Origin: Naegleria gruberi
Taxonomy: Eukaryota
Assembly: GCA_000004985.1 (NCBI GenBank)
Contig: GG738911.1
Length of the DNA stretch: 64,000 nucleotides
Strand: one strand, 5' to 3'
Made by a program: the position numbers and the translations under genes. How positions within the stretch are numbered: position 1 is the stretch's first letter; the number at the start of each line of letters is the position of its first letter. Positions 42,695-54,870 of the stretch are shown here, in pieces. A model generated the notes under the pieces. The model had not been told where the DNA came from. It made no database searches and saw only the letters and a list, made by a program, of their open reading frames with translations.

Positions 42695-42701
42695 TATAAA
42701 A
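42695..42701 (+). promoter_or_regulatory. TATA box (TATAAAA) ~65 bp upstream of ATG 42766
   Basis: ggcTATAAAAtcgccctc. Confidence 0.35.
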
Positions 42702-42765
42702 TCGCCCTCTGAGTTATCATTCCCTGATCAAATCAACAACAAAAAAAATCAACTAAAACAACAAA

Positions 42766-43503
42766 ATGCCAGCCATTAACGCTCACCTCCGTTCTGCTCA
42801 CGGTAAATTCTTGTGTATCGAACCATCCGGACAAGTTGTTGCCAACAGAGATGCCAATGGTCCATGGGAAACTTTAACTTTGATTCCATATGGTGGTAAC
42901 TATGTTTTCAGATCTGCTCACGGAAAGTATGTCTGTGCTGAACCATCTGGTTTGGTCATTGCTAACAGAGATGCTATTGGACCATGGGAACAATTTTCAT
43001 TGGTTCAATCTGGATCACATGTTGCATTCAGATCTGCTCATGGTAAATTGGTTTGTGCTGAACCAAGTGGTTTGGTTGTTGCTAATAGAGATGCTGTTGG
43101 TCCATGGGAACAATTCCACTTCTCATTGGCTCCAAATCAAACTATTGCTTTGAGACATGCTCATGGTCAATTGTTGTGTGCTGAATCTAATCACTCTGTT
43201 GTTGGTAATAGAAGTGCTGTTGGTCCTTGGGAAAACTTCCATGTTGAACATCATAGTGGTAAGAATGCTTTCAGATCTGCTCATGGTAAATTGATGTGTG
43301 CTGAACCAAGTGGTTTGTTGGTTGCTAACAGAGATGCTGTTGGTCCATGGGAACAATTCACTGTTGAATTGCACGGAAATGGTAATATTGCATTGAAGTC
43401 TGCTCACAATACCTACGTTTGTGTTGAACCAAGTGGTCAAATTGTTGTCAATAGAAGCGCTGTTGGTGCTTGGGAACAATTGTCTTTCAATCCACACTTT
43501 TAA
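42766..43503 (+). CDS. Six-fold ~40-aa repeat protein; hisactophilin/fascin-like beta-trefoil repeats (two predicted trefoils)
   Basis: Six copies of (F/L)RSAHGK(Y/L)(V/L)CAEPSGLV(I/V)ANRDA(V/I)GPWEQF. This resembles the HG.Y..A.....v.anr...g.WE.F sub-repeat of fascin/hisactophilin beta-trefoils. There is no signal peptide; high codon bias suggests strong expression. Confidence 0.6.
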   Translation: MPAINAHLRSAHGKFLCIEPSGQVVANRDANGPWETLTLIPYGGNYVFRSAHGKYVCAEPSGLVIANRDAIGPWEQFSLVQSGSHVAFRSAHGKLVCAEPSGLVVANRDAVGPWEQFHFSLAPNQTIALRHAHGQLLCAESNHSVVGNRSAVGPWENFHVEHHSGKNAFRSAHGKLMCAEPSGLLVANRDAVGPWEQFTVELHGNGNIALKSAHNTYVCVEPSGQIVVNRSAVGAWEQLSFNPHF

Positions 43504-43918
43504 ATTGAATCATTAAATGATAATGATATTCAATAACACTGATATTAATAATAAAAATTATTATCCAACAGTGATGAATGTACTTTAAAACACAACATGA
43601 TTGTTTTATTTTGTTAAAAGTTGGACTTTGACTATTGTATGTTATTCTATTACCAACCATGAAGGCTTTGTGGACTATCAACAACAAGGCTTTAATAATG
43701 TAAGTTTAAATATCCTTAATGAGACACATCCTTATGAAGAATCTTCAATACGCATCCATAATTAGTTCTCCGTAAAGAACGCTGCATCGTCTCTATTAAG
43801 GCAATCTTCACAAAACACTGTAATTGCGCAAACATCACATTAATGTACAAACAGAGCCTCACTCACTCATCATCTTCACAACAAACAAACAAAAAAACAA
43901 CACCAACCACTGACTGGT

Positions 43919-45367
43919 ATGAAATTAACTCATTCTCAACAACACTGTAACAAACCACTCACTTCAATATTGCTATTTTCATGTATCTTAATAATAGGCT
44001 ATTCTACACTACTATTTATTAAACATCATCACGGAAATGGACAGAATGAGAAGAAACTAGTAGGCTTGGAAAATGTTCATGATGAAGTTGTGTGGACGGG
44101 AAGAGATGAAGACTTTGAAAAAAGCCTAACAAAATCAGCCTACAAGAAAATGTTTACTTTACAAGATTTATTATCACTTTCTAAAATTTACATTTATGAA
44201 GATTTTCCAAATTTTAATATAAAATTATTTGAAAATGATGGAATTCAAATTTCTAAAAATGAAATTTTTAAATATAAAAATTTGGATTCAATTTCACAAA
44301 ATATTGTTGCAAATATTAAAAATTTAATTATTGGAAAGGAAATTAAATTAAAAATAACTCCATTTGGAAATAATATAAATAGTAAATTTTATTCAACAAG
44401 TGAACAAGTACTTGAACCCTATTTACATTATAGATTATTAACACATCCAAATAGAGTAGCAAATATACAAGATGCAGATTTAGCATTTATTCCATTTTAT
44501 TCACATTTATTAAAATTTGCTACTAAAAATGGAAATATAATTCCATTAAATACAATTATTCAATATACAAATTCACTTTTACCTAAAACTACAAACACAA
44601 ATATTCCACATTTAATTGCTTATTCTGATTTGGGATATAATACAAAAGAAGCCTTGAGAGAAATGTTTAAATTTGCACCAAATAATTTTTATTTTGTTTG
44701 TTATGAAGAAGATCAATCTAGTAGTGGATATTACCTTCCTAAAAAGGCACCTTCAAGAGTAATTACAGTTCCATATATGTCAATTATTCATAAATCGAAA
44801 TTTGAAAATTTTTATGAAAATTTCAAAATAATGAAAAATAGAACTTTTTTTACATGTCATGTCGGTAATTTAAATAGATGGCCAATTCAATACATGTCAA
44901 AATATTTATCAACACCATTTTATACATCACTTTCCAATGAACAAGCTTCCAATTTAGGAAATTTAATTGAATTTTATTCTAATTGTAAATTCTCAATTCA
45001 TATTTCAAGTTTAGATGGAGAGATGAGGATTTCCCGCCATTTTTATACATCACTTACAACTGGTACCATTCCTATTTTATTTAATTCTAATGAAATGAGT
45101 TATTCAAGCCTTTTTAGGGGTGCACTCGATTTGGAAATGATGGCTATTATTATACCAAATTCAATTCATCAAATTAGAGATGAAAAGGAACAATCATGGG
45201 CAATTATTAATTATTTAAAAAGTATTCCATTAAATGTTTTTGAAAAAAAGAGAAGATTTATTTATGATCATTTACAATATTTACAATATTCAATGGAAAA
45301 TGATCAACAAGATGCAATTTCATTAATTATTGGAAGTGTTGTTAAATTAAATTCAATATTAATTTGA
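43919..45367 (+). CDS. Exostosin-like glycosyltransferase (GT47) paralog 2, type II membrane protein
   Basis: N-terminal anchor LTSILLFSCILIIGYSTLLFI. GT47-like C-terminal region FTCHVGNLNRWPIQY...FYTSLTTGTIPILF. Confidence 0.55.
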   Translation: MKLTHSQQHCNKPLTSILLFSCILIIGYSTLLFIKHHHGNGQNEKKLVGLENVHDEVVWTGRDEDFEKSLTKSAYKKMFTLQDLLSLSKIYIYEDFPNFNIKLFENDGIQISKNEIFKYKNLDSISQNIVANIKNLIIGKEIKLKITPFGNNINSKFYSTSEQVLEPYLHYRLLTHPNRVANIQDADLAFIPFYSHLLKFATKNGNIIPLNTIIQYTNSLLPKTTNTNIPHLIAYSDLGYNTKEALREMFKFAPNNFYFVCYEEDQSSSGYYLPKKAPSRVITVPYMSIIHKSKFENFYENFKIMKNRTFFTCHVGNLNRWPIQYMSKYLSTPFYTSLSNEQASNLGNLIEFYSNCKFSIHISSLDGEMRISRHFYTSLTTGTIPILFNSNEMSYSSLFRGALDLEMMAIIIPNSIHQIRDEKEQSWAIINYLKSIPLNVFEKKRRFIYDHLQYLQYSMENDQQDAISLIIGSVVKLNSILI

Positions 45368-46203
45368 AAAATAAAAATGAATAACAATTAAATATTATTT
45401 GTTTAAAATGAAAAAAGGAAAATTTCTTTGGTGAAATAGTTATATTAATAATTCAAATAAATTTAAAATTAATTTTCAGTCTGTTCTCTTCTAAATTCTT
45501 TATTTGATTGAATTAATTTGTTGAGCTGAATTTTCTCTGATATTCCAAAAGCTGTTGATTCCAACAACTAAGGGAGGTAGCAAGAGTGTTCACAAGCTAA
45601 AGACCACACTCTTTCTTTTAAAATATTTTGTTTTCGGTTCTTTCTTGGATGCTTCTAAAACATCGAGTGGTAAAATTTAAGTTCCTATTTTCACTAACAA
45701 TTGGAATAAGGTTGAACATTATTCTTATCAGGTACTTCAAATTCAATTTATTTCTTCAGATACCACTAATCTTGTAAGAGGAAATGCAATGAAGTAACAT
45801 TGGGATGACGATTATAGCAATTAAGATAATTCAAACCCTGATTGTTACACTGTAATAAAATCCTTTTCCAAAAATAATATCATTTCTCGAATTCTTTCAA
45901 AATGATTCATTGTAACAATGGATTTTGTTGGCAAAATTGCAAAACAAGATATGAGCTTTCTTTTTGGAATATCTTAAAATTGAATTTACTCTAATAGTTT
46001 ACTAATATATTTGGAGTTTAGTTTGATTTGTTTAATCCTACACTATAATCTTGTAATTGATATTGTAATTTCTAATAAAATATCCATTATATATGCGACA
46101 CCATCGCAAACATCCGTTCTTGTAATGGAAATAGGACGTTCTTTGGTCGTTCATTTTCTAATTATGCGCATGCATGTATTCTTTAATTCAACAACATTAA
46201 AAA

Positions 46204-48507
46204 ATGGTCAATAAATCAATGCTACCCTCACTACCACCATCATTAACAACTACCACCACTCCAACATCATCATCCTCATCCTCATCCTCCATAACAGCCT
46301 CATTAGTGTCACAACATTTTAGACCATTCAATAATATTAATAATCAATATGGAAATGAATGTTTATTATCACTTCCTACTTTACAATTACCATCATCATT
46401 TCATTCACAACAACAACAACACCACTCATCATCATTATATGATAATAGTAATACAATAATAGAACAACAACAACAACATTCATATCAACCTTATGATAGT
46501 TTTAATTTTACTACTACCAATAATACCAATAATAATAGTACTACAAATGGTGATACATTTTCATCATCAATTAATGCTCAAATATTATTTAATAATAATA
46601 ATAATTTGAATAATAATTTGAATAATAATAATAGTAATAATAATATTAAAATTGAGAATGATATAATTAGTAATAATAATAATGAAGATAATGTTGATAA
46701 TAGTGCTATTAATAATGATAATAATGAATTCCATCCAATATCATGTAATAATTGTAGACGTGTACACAAATTTTGCGGTATGTATATAGTAATTAATATT
46801 TTTAAAATATTTTTTTTTTAAATAGATAGAAAATTACCATCATGTGAAAGATGTTCAACTAAAGGAATGACATGTGAATATAAAATACCTAAGAGAATGA
46901 GATATCATAGATCTGATAAATCTGAAAAGAAACAAAAAATTGTAAATAATATTTCTACTACTATTAATAATAATACTATAAATAATAATACTTCCAATTA
47001 TATTAATAATAATATAAATAGTAATACTAATTTATTAAATAATAATAATAATAATTTAAATAATAATAATTTATCTAATTTAAATAATAATAATTTAAAT
47101 AATAATTTAAATATAAATTTAAATAAAAAATTAATAATACCAAATAAATTAAGTAAAAAACAAGTATTAGATTATTATTATTCATTACATAAAGATGAAA
47201 TATTTGATAAAAATTATTTTGAACAATTACTTTTAAAAAAATCCAAAGATGTAACATGTTTATTTTATTCAATGAAATTACTTGTTGAACAAAGGCTAGG
47301 AATATCATGTGATAAATCATTACAAAAATGTAAAGAATATCTATCTAAATATTTTGATCAAGTGTCAAATTTTTATATAGCCTACACTTATTTATGTTTA
47401 TGTGGATATGAATTTGGAAATGGAAAGAGAAATTTACAAAAATTTTATTTTCATGCCTCCAAGTCATATTTTCATGATAAAGATTTAAATGAATTAAATT
47501 CACATGAAAAAATACTTCATCAAAAATTATTTATATTTGAAATTTTAATTTCAGATTCTGAATTTGGATTAAGTTTAATTTCTAAAAATTATCCAAAATT
47601 ATTTGAATTTGTAACAAATTATAAATTACCAAATGAAATTGCATCTACTTTAGAACAAGAAGTAAATTCAACAAATTGTTTTGAAAAATTAAAAATTATT
47701 GAAATTGTACATTCATATATGGTAAATTATTTAGATAATAAACCTAATAATAATAATAATAATAATTCTAATAATAGTAATAAATCTAATAATAATTCTA
47801 ATAATAATTCTAATAATAAATCTAATAATAATAATAATGAAATTATATTATTTGAAGAATCTAAAATATATGAACAAGCCTTTAATAATATATTTTTAAA
47901 TGGTATGAGAATTGCATTATTAACAAAAGCAGGATATGGTGATTATGAAATGGTTGAAGATGCAGCTCTAAATATAACTTATTTAACAGAACATGAATCT
48001 TTCCAAATTTGTCCTGTTTTTGTTGTTTCATATATAGCATTAGCTAGTAGAGTACATTATCATATTGTTAAAAGAATTGAACAAGGATTAAGAAGTAATC
48101 ATTTAATTGGTTTATTAAATAATAATAATATTTTATTAAATTCAAATAATTTAAATGTATTATATCATTTATCTAATAATAATAATAATACTATAAATGG
48201 AAGTGGAAATGAAAATTTAATAAGAGGACCTGTTGATTATTATGAAATTATAGAAAAAGATTTAAATGCATTAAATACATTAAAAAAGAAATATAAATTA
48301 CCAGTTGAACATTATCAATCTCTTATTGATGATTTACAACATTTATTAAATAGATATAAAAATAATTTATTAAATAATAATTTATTAAATAATAATAATA
48401 ATTTATTATTAAATAGTAATTCAAGAATGGATACATATATTAGTTGTGATGATATTTTACAAATGTTATTATACAGTACTCCAAATACACCCAATTCAAT
48501 AAATTAA
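46204..48507 (+). CDS. Zn(II)2Cys6 (GAL4-type) binuclear-cluster transcription factor with long N-rich regions (two exons; intron 46778..46825)
   Basis: Exon 1 ends CNNCRRVHKFC|G, with a GTATGT donor and aaatag acceptor. Exon 2 continues (D)RKLPSCERCSTKGMTCEY, giving C-x2-C-x6-C-x6-C-x2-C-x6-C. The two ORF-track ORFs 46204..46821 and 46867..48507 join in frame. Confidence 0.7.
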
Positions 48508-48659
48508 TTTAAAATATTAAAATATTTAATGAAGGCTTTTAGTATCTTTTGTTCACCTTTTTAAAGATAAATTTCTTAATTTGTCCGTTCTCATTATTAT
48601 CCTTTTACTGCTGTGATGTATTAGTTGAGTTGTAGTAACAGTCACACACTACTGATGGA

Positions 48660-48834
48660 TTGAAAAAAATGTTACCAACATTTAATTCCTCAAATCTTCA
48701 CACTAGAAAGAGAGGAGATTTATCATCTTCATCGTCATCGTCATCTTCATCAAATCAACAACAACAACAACATTTTAAATCAAACAAGTCTAATTGTCTG
48801 AGTAAAATAGTTTATTTAATAATAGGCTTGTTAT
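48660..48834 (+). CDS. Third fucosyltransferase-family paralog, N-terminal fragment truncated by assembly gap
   Basis: MKKMLPTFNSSNLHTRKRG...poly-S...KIVYLIIGLL parallels the N-terminus and TM anchor of 38452..40413. Sequence after the gap is unrelated. Confidence 0.4.
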
Positions 48835-48884
48835 NNNNNNNNNNNNNNNNNNNNNNNNNNNNNNNNNNNNNNNNNNNNNNNNNN
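48835..48884. other. Assembly gap (50 N)
   Basis: Run of n. Confidence 0.99.
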
Positions 48885-50229
48885 ACTACTTATTAGAATA
48901 GTTATTGTTAAACTATTGAGAATAAGTTCCTAAGATGGCTCTTGAATAAATGCTTAGTTAGTAAAGTTCATAAATTAATGTTTCACTAAGAAGCTCATAA
49001 CCATACTTCCTTAGAACGCGAGTTACCGGCAATTGTTACCTACACCAACTCTAAATGTCAAATGTTTCAAAACATTAAAAAACACATCTTCACTGCATCG
49101 TTCCAAACTCCACACAAGAATCACCAAGATAAATCACCTCTGATGATATCAAAAATTTGAAGGAAAAAATTGATGATTATTTGGCACAATTAGTTGTTGA
49201 TCAACTTCCTTTTGCTAATCTTCAAGGTTATACTTCGCAATTCCTCCACCATCAAAGGAAGAAATTTAGATAAAGTATTATAGACCTGATGGTTATCCTG
49301 TGGGATGTAAGGAAAGATTCAATCTGCTGATGGAGATGTCGGATTTAATTATTATTTGAACAACCATTTTACTTTTGTTGTATTACCATGTTAGGACCAC
49401 AAGTTATTGTTGTTGCTGAAGTTAATCCAACTTATTTGCATTGTAAATAACTTCATAAACATCTCCATATCATTTAAAACAAAACAGACTAAAACTGTTG
49501 TGTTATAAATTGTGTTACGAGCGAAATTCCTAATGATATCCGACAACAACTTAGCAAAACAAATGAAATATAGAAAATTGGCATAGTTCTTATTTACCAG
49601 CCATATAAACTTTGGTAATTTACAAGATACCATTTAGTACCACATTATTACACTCAATTAATGAAACTATTGAGAAGCATGCGTATAGTAGATAATTCAA
49701 TGATACAACCATAACCAACTCTATTCTCGATAGTGTGATAATCATCTTCCTTACACAATTTACCGACGGAGAGGGCAATGATACCCTAAGACCTGAATAA
49801 CTGCACAATCACCAAAACACCAGATTACGATTAATGATTCACCCACATCCACAACAACAGTTACCATCAACAATTTTAGTAGCGAATAGTTGTGTTTGGT
49901 AGCAAGAATACACTATGTTGGTGGAAATATGACTGCACAACTTACCTTTATGAACCAAATGCATTATGCGTTTGTAAACGGTGTTGGCATTATTACATAC
50001 TTACGCTATCAAGTAATGGTTGTGATTATTTTTGTTCGCACATCACTTGTGCCCAACAGTATTTTTGAGGCTTAAAGTCGGTGGTTCACTTTTGATGTCA
50101 TCTTTTCAAAAGTGAGAGCAATATATGGAGCTAAAATGGTCGGCGCAGACCCCCACTTTGTTCTCAATGCCAGTTAGTATTTAACTAGTTCATTGATTGA
50201 TGGTTTGTTCAAAAATTTTACAAGTTCAA

Positions 50230-50523
50230 TTAAGGTTGACTTGGGTATATTCGAATATATGATTTAACCTTCTTTATAATATTACAATTTTTACTATTAG
50301 AATTCTTCCTCTTTATGCTGCTCTCCATTACCATCTTCCTCAATTTCTCCATCAGATTCTTGATGTTTAGACATCTTTCTCTTGGATGGATTTGAAATAG
50401 GCGTTTCATCATCTCATACTTGGCCTTTCTTTTCAACTCTTCCAATAATATTCCTTCTCTATTGAAAACATCTCCACGATAAGGACTCCGATTTTTCATC
50501 AAGATAATCCTCTTAAAATTCAT
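50230..50523 (-). CDS. Hypothetical small basic protein; possibly the terminal exon of a spliced gene
   Basis: 97-aa ORF (..SPYRGDVFNREGILLEELKRKAKYEMMKRL..). An upstream minus-strand ORF fragment at 50640..50810 ends at a perfect GTGAGT donor (50640 region). Confidence 0.3.
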   Translation of the reverse strand: MNFKRIILMKNRSPYRGDVFNREGILLEELKRKAKYEMMKRLFQIHPRERCLNIKNLMEKLRKMVMESSIKRKNSNSKNCNIIKKVKSYIRIYPSQP

Positions 50524-52614
50524 TAGAAAGTTCTAATAATTTCATCTTGCAATCGAACTGATCTCTTTTCCAATAAAGTATATGTTTCTTTTCAACTTTG
50601 AAGGCTACTCACCTTTCTCAACATCTCAACAAACATTAGCTTGAATTCGAAATACAATTGTTGTTGGGTTGAAAAGTTCTTTACTCGAAGCCTCTTTTCC
50701 ACCTTGTTGATTCTTGGTGGTCTTTGTGTTTTGAGATGATGTCTTTTTAGATGTTGCTGAGGGCTTCTCAGAAGATGATGAAGGCTGAGATAGATTCATA
50801 TCACTGAGTTAGAAAGCCTTTGTAGCTTCCATCACTTTGAAACGGAGACTACAATAGTCACAAGCTTAATCTATTGGTCTCTAATTCATCACAGAGACAG
50901 AGAGATGGTAAAATTGCAGCCATCAATTCAGAGTAAGTATATTGAATAATGATTGAGATCATTTCATACAGATGTCGTATCTCCCTTCACTACATGTTGA
51001 AGTGTCATTCCATTCCATTGAAATAGGTTTGTTATTAATTTTTCTCATATTAACCATTAATCATACTTGTTGTTATTGATAAAAGATGTGGAAAATCTAC
51101 TGGTTATTCACCACTACTATATTTATTCTCAATAATACTATTCTACTTTATGTTTCTATTTGTGGAACTTACTATACCACTTTCTAAATATCCATGGTTT
51201 CAAATCTAGTTTCAAATCTATTCATAATTAACAATCTAATTTCAAATCTATTGATGCTCTATAATTAATTAGATTAATAATCTACTCTGTTATATTTACA
51301 ATGTGTGACATCATTCAGCATGGTTAATATATTTACAAGTTAAAGTATAATTATTACAATAAAGTTTATTTATTTGAATTTCAAAGTTGGTCTTGTGTGA
51401 GTACTGTGTGAAAAAAGAAGTGAAAAGTGAGCCTTAAAAGATAACCCTTAACTAATTTAAAGACAGCACCCAACTTTTACTGTCCACTTTATAAAAGTTG
51501 AGGAAAAAGTTAGCCCCCAACTAGTTTACACATAACTTTCACACCTAAGAAGTGAAAGTTGGGTGCTAACTAGCCACCAACTTTTAAAAGTTGAATGCCT
51601 TATCCACACTATTGGCTACTACTTGGCTTCTGAAAAATAGCTGCAAATAATGTATTCGGGATTATTCAAAATAAACTTGTGGTAAGGAAACCATCTTGTC
51701 CATAATTCTCATTGATGAAAGAATTGCAAAGATGTCCCATTGTAATACTTTTAGTACCATTAACTGATTCTCCAATATATTTACAACCATAAATAGATTT
51801 TCCAATTACAGTTTGAAAATGCTAACATCCTCTAATTTTAATAATTGGAAACAATCCAAACAACCTTTCTATTAAGCATCAATTTGAACCTTTCCACATC
51901 AAGTTGATAGATTTCCTTGCCTGAAATGAACAATACTATAAAAATCTCACCCAACAACAGCATTCTGTTAAAAGGAATAATATTTCAAATAGCAAAAAAA
52001 TTACTCTAATTGCGTAGTTGCAATTCCAAACAATTAATTGACTGTAAAGGTGACATTGTCAACAGACAATTGTTTTAATTATTAGGAGTAGTAGTAGTAT
52101 TAGAAAATATTGTAAAGTTGTGCAAGGTAGGTAGGGTGTACTATCTTTAATGATCATTCAAATCAAGTATACAAATCACAAAAGTCAATTTTTATACAAA
52201 TTGAGAGTATTCTTCAAGTCATTGTTGGAAATTTCATCATCAACCCATTACATCAAAACAAAACCAATATTACTTACTATTAGAATAACTACAAGATGAA
52301 ATGGTGACTTTACAGTAATTATTACAATAATATTTAATTCAATCCAGTAATGAATTATTTAATTCAATCCACTAATGAATCAAATATTACTCACTCAATA
52401 CACCCGCATACGTACGTACCACCTTCAACAAGAATTATCCAATTTACAAGTCCAACCTTGTTAAAATTGGAAATTCTCAATAAGATTCGCTTCTAAAAAA
52501 GGAAAATTTGAGAAATCATCCCATTTAACTCAATCTGATATTTAATAATTCCTACTATTTCCTTCATAAAAAAGTACAAAATATCATCACAAGCCTAATA
52601 TTAATAATAACAAA

Positions 52615-53397
52615 ATGAAACAAGAGTATCAACAAGTATTTAATCCTAGGAATGCATCTTCTAATATTAATAAATATAATACTAATAATAATAATAACAA
52701 AATGTCATTCATTGATGAAACTAATAATGTAACATTAAAAGTAAAAGTGAATCAACGAAATAATAATATGCATATTAAACAATCAAGATTGAGAAAACCA
52801 TTACAAAATGATAAATTTCTATTAAATTATTTTGAATTTGATAAACAACAACATTCAAATGATTTAACTGTTTACAAAATTGTTAATATTACAAATAGTA
52901 GTACATCATCAGCACCACCATCATCAATAATTCCCAATGTTATTCAACAGTATCATCAAGGCTTGACTGCAATATCACCATCATCATTGGAATCTAATGA
53001 TTTCATTTCTAATAATTATGGTAATTGTAAAATTAGTAAGAATCATGGTAGAAGAAGATTATCAGTTGATAGTATTGTTACAACTGAGAAAGTTAAAGTT
53101 AAATCACCACTCTCTCCTCAAATTGTAAATTATTCTAATAATAATGAATCTAATTCAAGCAATGCTACCACCACCACTAATAGTAGTACTAGTACTAGTT
53201 GTAGTAGTAATGATTGTAATATAACTGATAGTAATGATAATTATTATTGGGATTTACTTCTTTCAGAATTACAACAGGAAGAAACCAAAGGCTTGGAGTC
53301 ATCATCTTCTCATCTTAATACACTTTGTACCACAACAACAACAAGTGAAGTAGACGCGAACAACGTACCATGTGATTGTCTTGCTCAAATATTTTGA
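52615..53397 (+). CDS. N/S-rich hypothetical protein
   Basis: 260-aa ORF with an A/T-rich upstream region. Low complexity (poly-N, S/T runs); no domain recognised. Confidence 0.4.
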   Translation: MKQEYQQVFNPRNASSNINKYNTNNNNNKMSFIDETNNVTLKVKVNQRNNNMHIKQSRLRKPLQNDKFLLNYFEFDKQQHSNDLTVYKIVNITNSSTSSAPPSSIIPNVIQQYHQGLTAISPSSLESNDFISNNYGNCKISKNHGRRRLSVDSIVTTEKVKVKSPLSPQIVNYSNNNESNSSNATTTTNSSTSTSCSSNDCNITDSNDNYYWDLLLSELQQEETKGLESSSSHLNTLCTTTTTSEVDANNVPCDCLAQIF

Positions 53398-54155
53398 GTG
53401 TTATCCATGTACAAGTTCTGAAGTTTACATATATGGCATAAAGTGATATCACACTAATAAAATTTCAAGCTTAAAAAAAAATAACGCACTTTCCCATTCT
53501 TCTGCATAAAATTGAGTGCCAAGTCACCCAATCCGTTCTTCTAAAACAATCAGGTTACCTAAACATGATGATCATCAACTGCCACAAACAATCAACAACT
53601 ACACTATCACCATATTATCACCAACAACAACAACATTATCATCAACATTAACAACTATCAACATGTGATGGATAATACATACACATCTAATAATTATTAT
53701 TAATTTAATAATAATAATAATTAAAATCAACAAGACTTGATGATCAACAACGGTTGTGCATGCATAACATCAACATCATGTTTAACAAACACATTTACAT
53801 TTGATGTTATGATACACATCTCGAATGTAAATGTACACAACAATATAATCACAATAACAACAACACTACTATTAACATATGATTAATTTTACATCATGAT
53901 GATTAACACATTTACATCTAGATGTTATCCACATACATCCTTTTTACAATCTAACATCTAATGCATGTAAAATGTGATGTGAATAATGTTGTACATGATG
54001 TTGCCGTTATTGAAGTCATTAATGATGAGTTGTGTCGTTGTATTATGTTGATATAAATGGTATTACACATATATGTATTTAACGAAAAAGAACTATATTA
54101 CTACTTTTTGTGAAATATTCGAACAGTTGTTGTTGTGTTGTGGATATTCGAAAAA

Positions 54156-54870
54156 ATGTTTAAACAACCTGTAGATGCTACTGACAACTTTGGAAATGAT
54201 CATCATCAACAAGTTAACTTGGAAGGTATAATTTTATTTTTTAAATATTTATATTAATAATTATTATTATCTACATTAAAAAATTTGAAAAATTTGAAAA
54301 TTATTTAGGATCATCAACATTACCAAATAATGATCAAATTATTGATGCATATAAATTATTGAATAATTTATTATTATTNNNNNNNNNNNNNNNNNNNNNN
54401 NNNNNNNNNNNNNNNNNNNNNNNNNNNNNNNNNNNNNNNNNNNNNNNNNNNNNNNNNNNNNNNNNNNNNNNNNNNNNNNNNNNNNNNNNNNNNNNNNNNN
54501 NNNNNNNNNNNNNNNNNNNNNNNNNNNNNNNNNNNNNNNNNNNNNNNNNNNNNNNNNNNNNNNNNNNNNNNNNNNNNNNNNNNNNNNNNNNNNNNNNNNN
54601 NNNNNNNNNNNNNNNNNNNNNNNNNNNNNNNNNNNNNNNNNNNNNNNNNNGTTACATTTAATAATATTATAAATAATAATTTAATTAATAATATTGTAGT
54701 ATATGATAATAATGATCAACAAGATAATTATTCATTACCTAAAGAAGAAGAAGAAGCAGATAATTTATTAAATATTGAAGATGAATCAATTTTCAATAAT
54801 ATTGAATTAAATAATGAAAGTGATGGTAATAGTTTTATCAGTTCATTTTCATTTCTATTTAAAGAATAAT
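54156..54870 (+). CDS. N-rich hypothetical gene X (two exons, intron 54226..54308; interrupted by N gap 54379..54650)
   Basis: MFKQPVDATDNFGNDHHQQVNLEG, then a GTATAA donor and ttatttag acceptor, then SSTLPNNDQIIDAYKLLNNLLL... After the gap it continues ...DNYSLPKEEEEADNLLNIEDESIFNNIELNNESDGNSFISSFSFLFKE*. Confidence 0.4.
54379..54650. other. Assembly gap (272 N)
   Basis: Run of n. Confidence 0.99.

Noticed and set aside
43123-43497. Minus-strand 124-aa ORF and plus-strand 87-aa ORF (42890..43153) inside the six-repeat beta-trefoil gene
   Set aside because: Alternative frames kept open by the highly regular, codon-biased repeats. The main frame has the start context, TATA box and full length.
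53560-53950. caacaacaacaa / acatttacatt(t/c)t(a)gatgttat short repeats in an intergenic region
   Set aside because: Microsatellite-like AT-rich low complexity with two ~25-nt imperfect direct repeats (53791.. and 53911..). No structure or coding signal beyond what is common in this genome.
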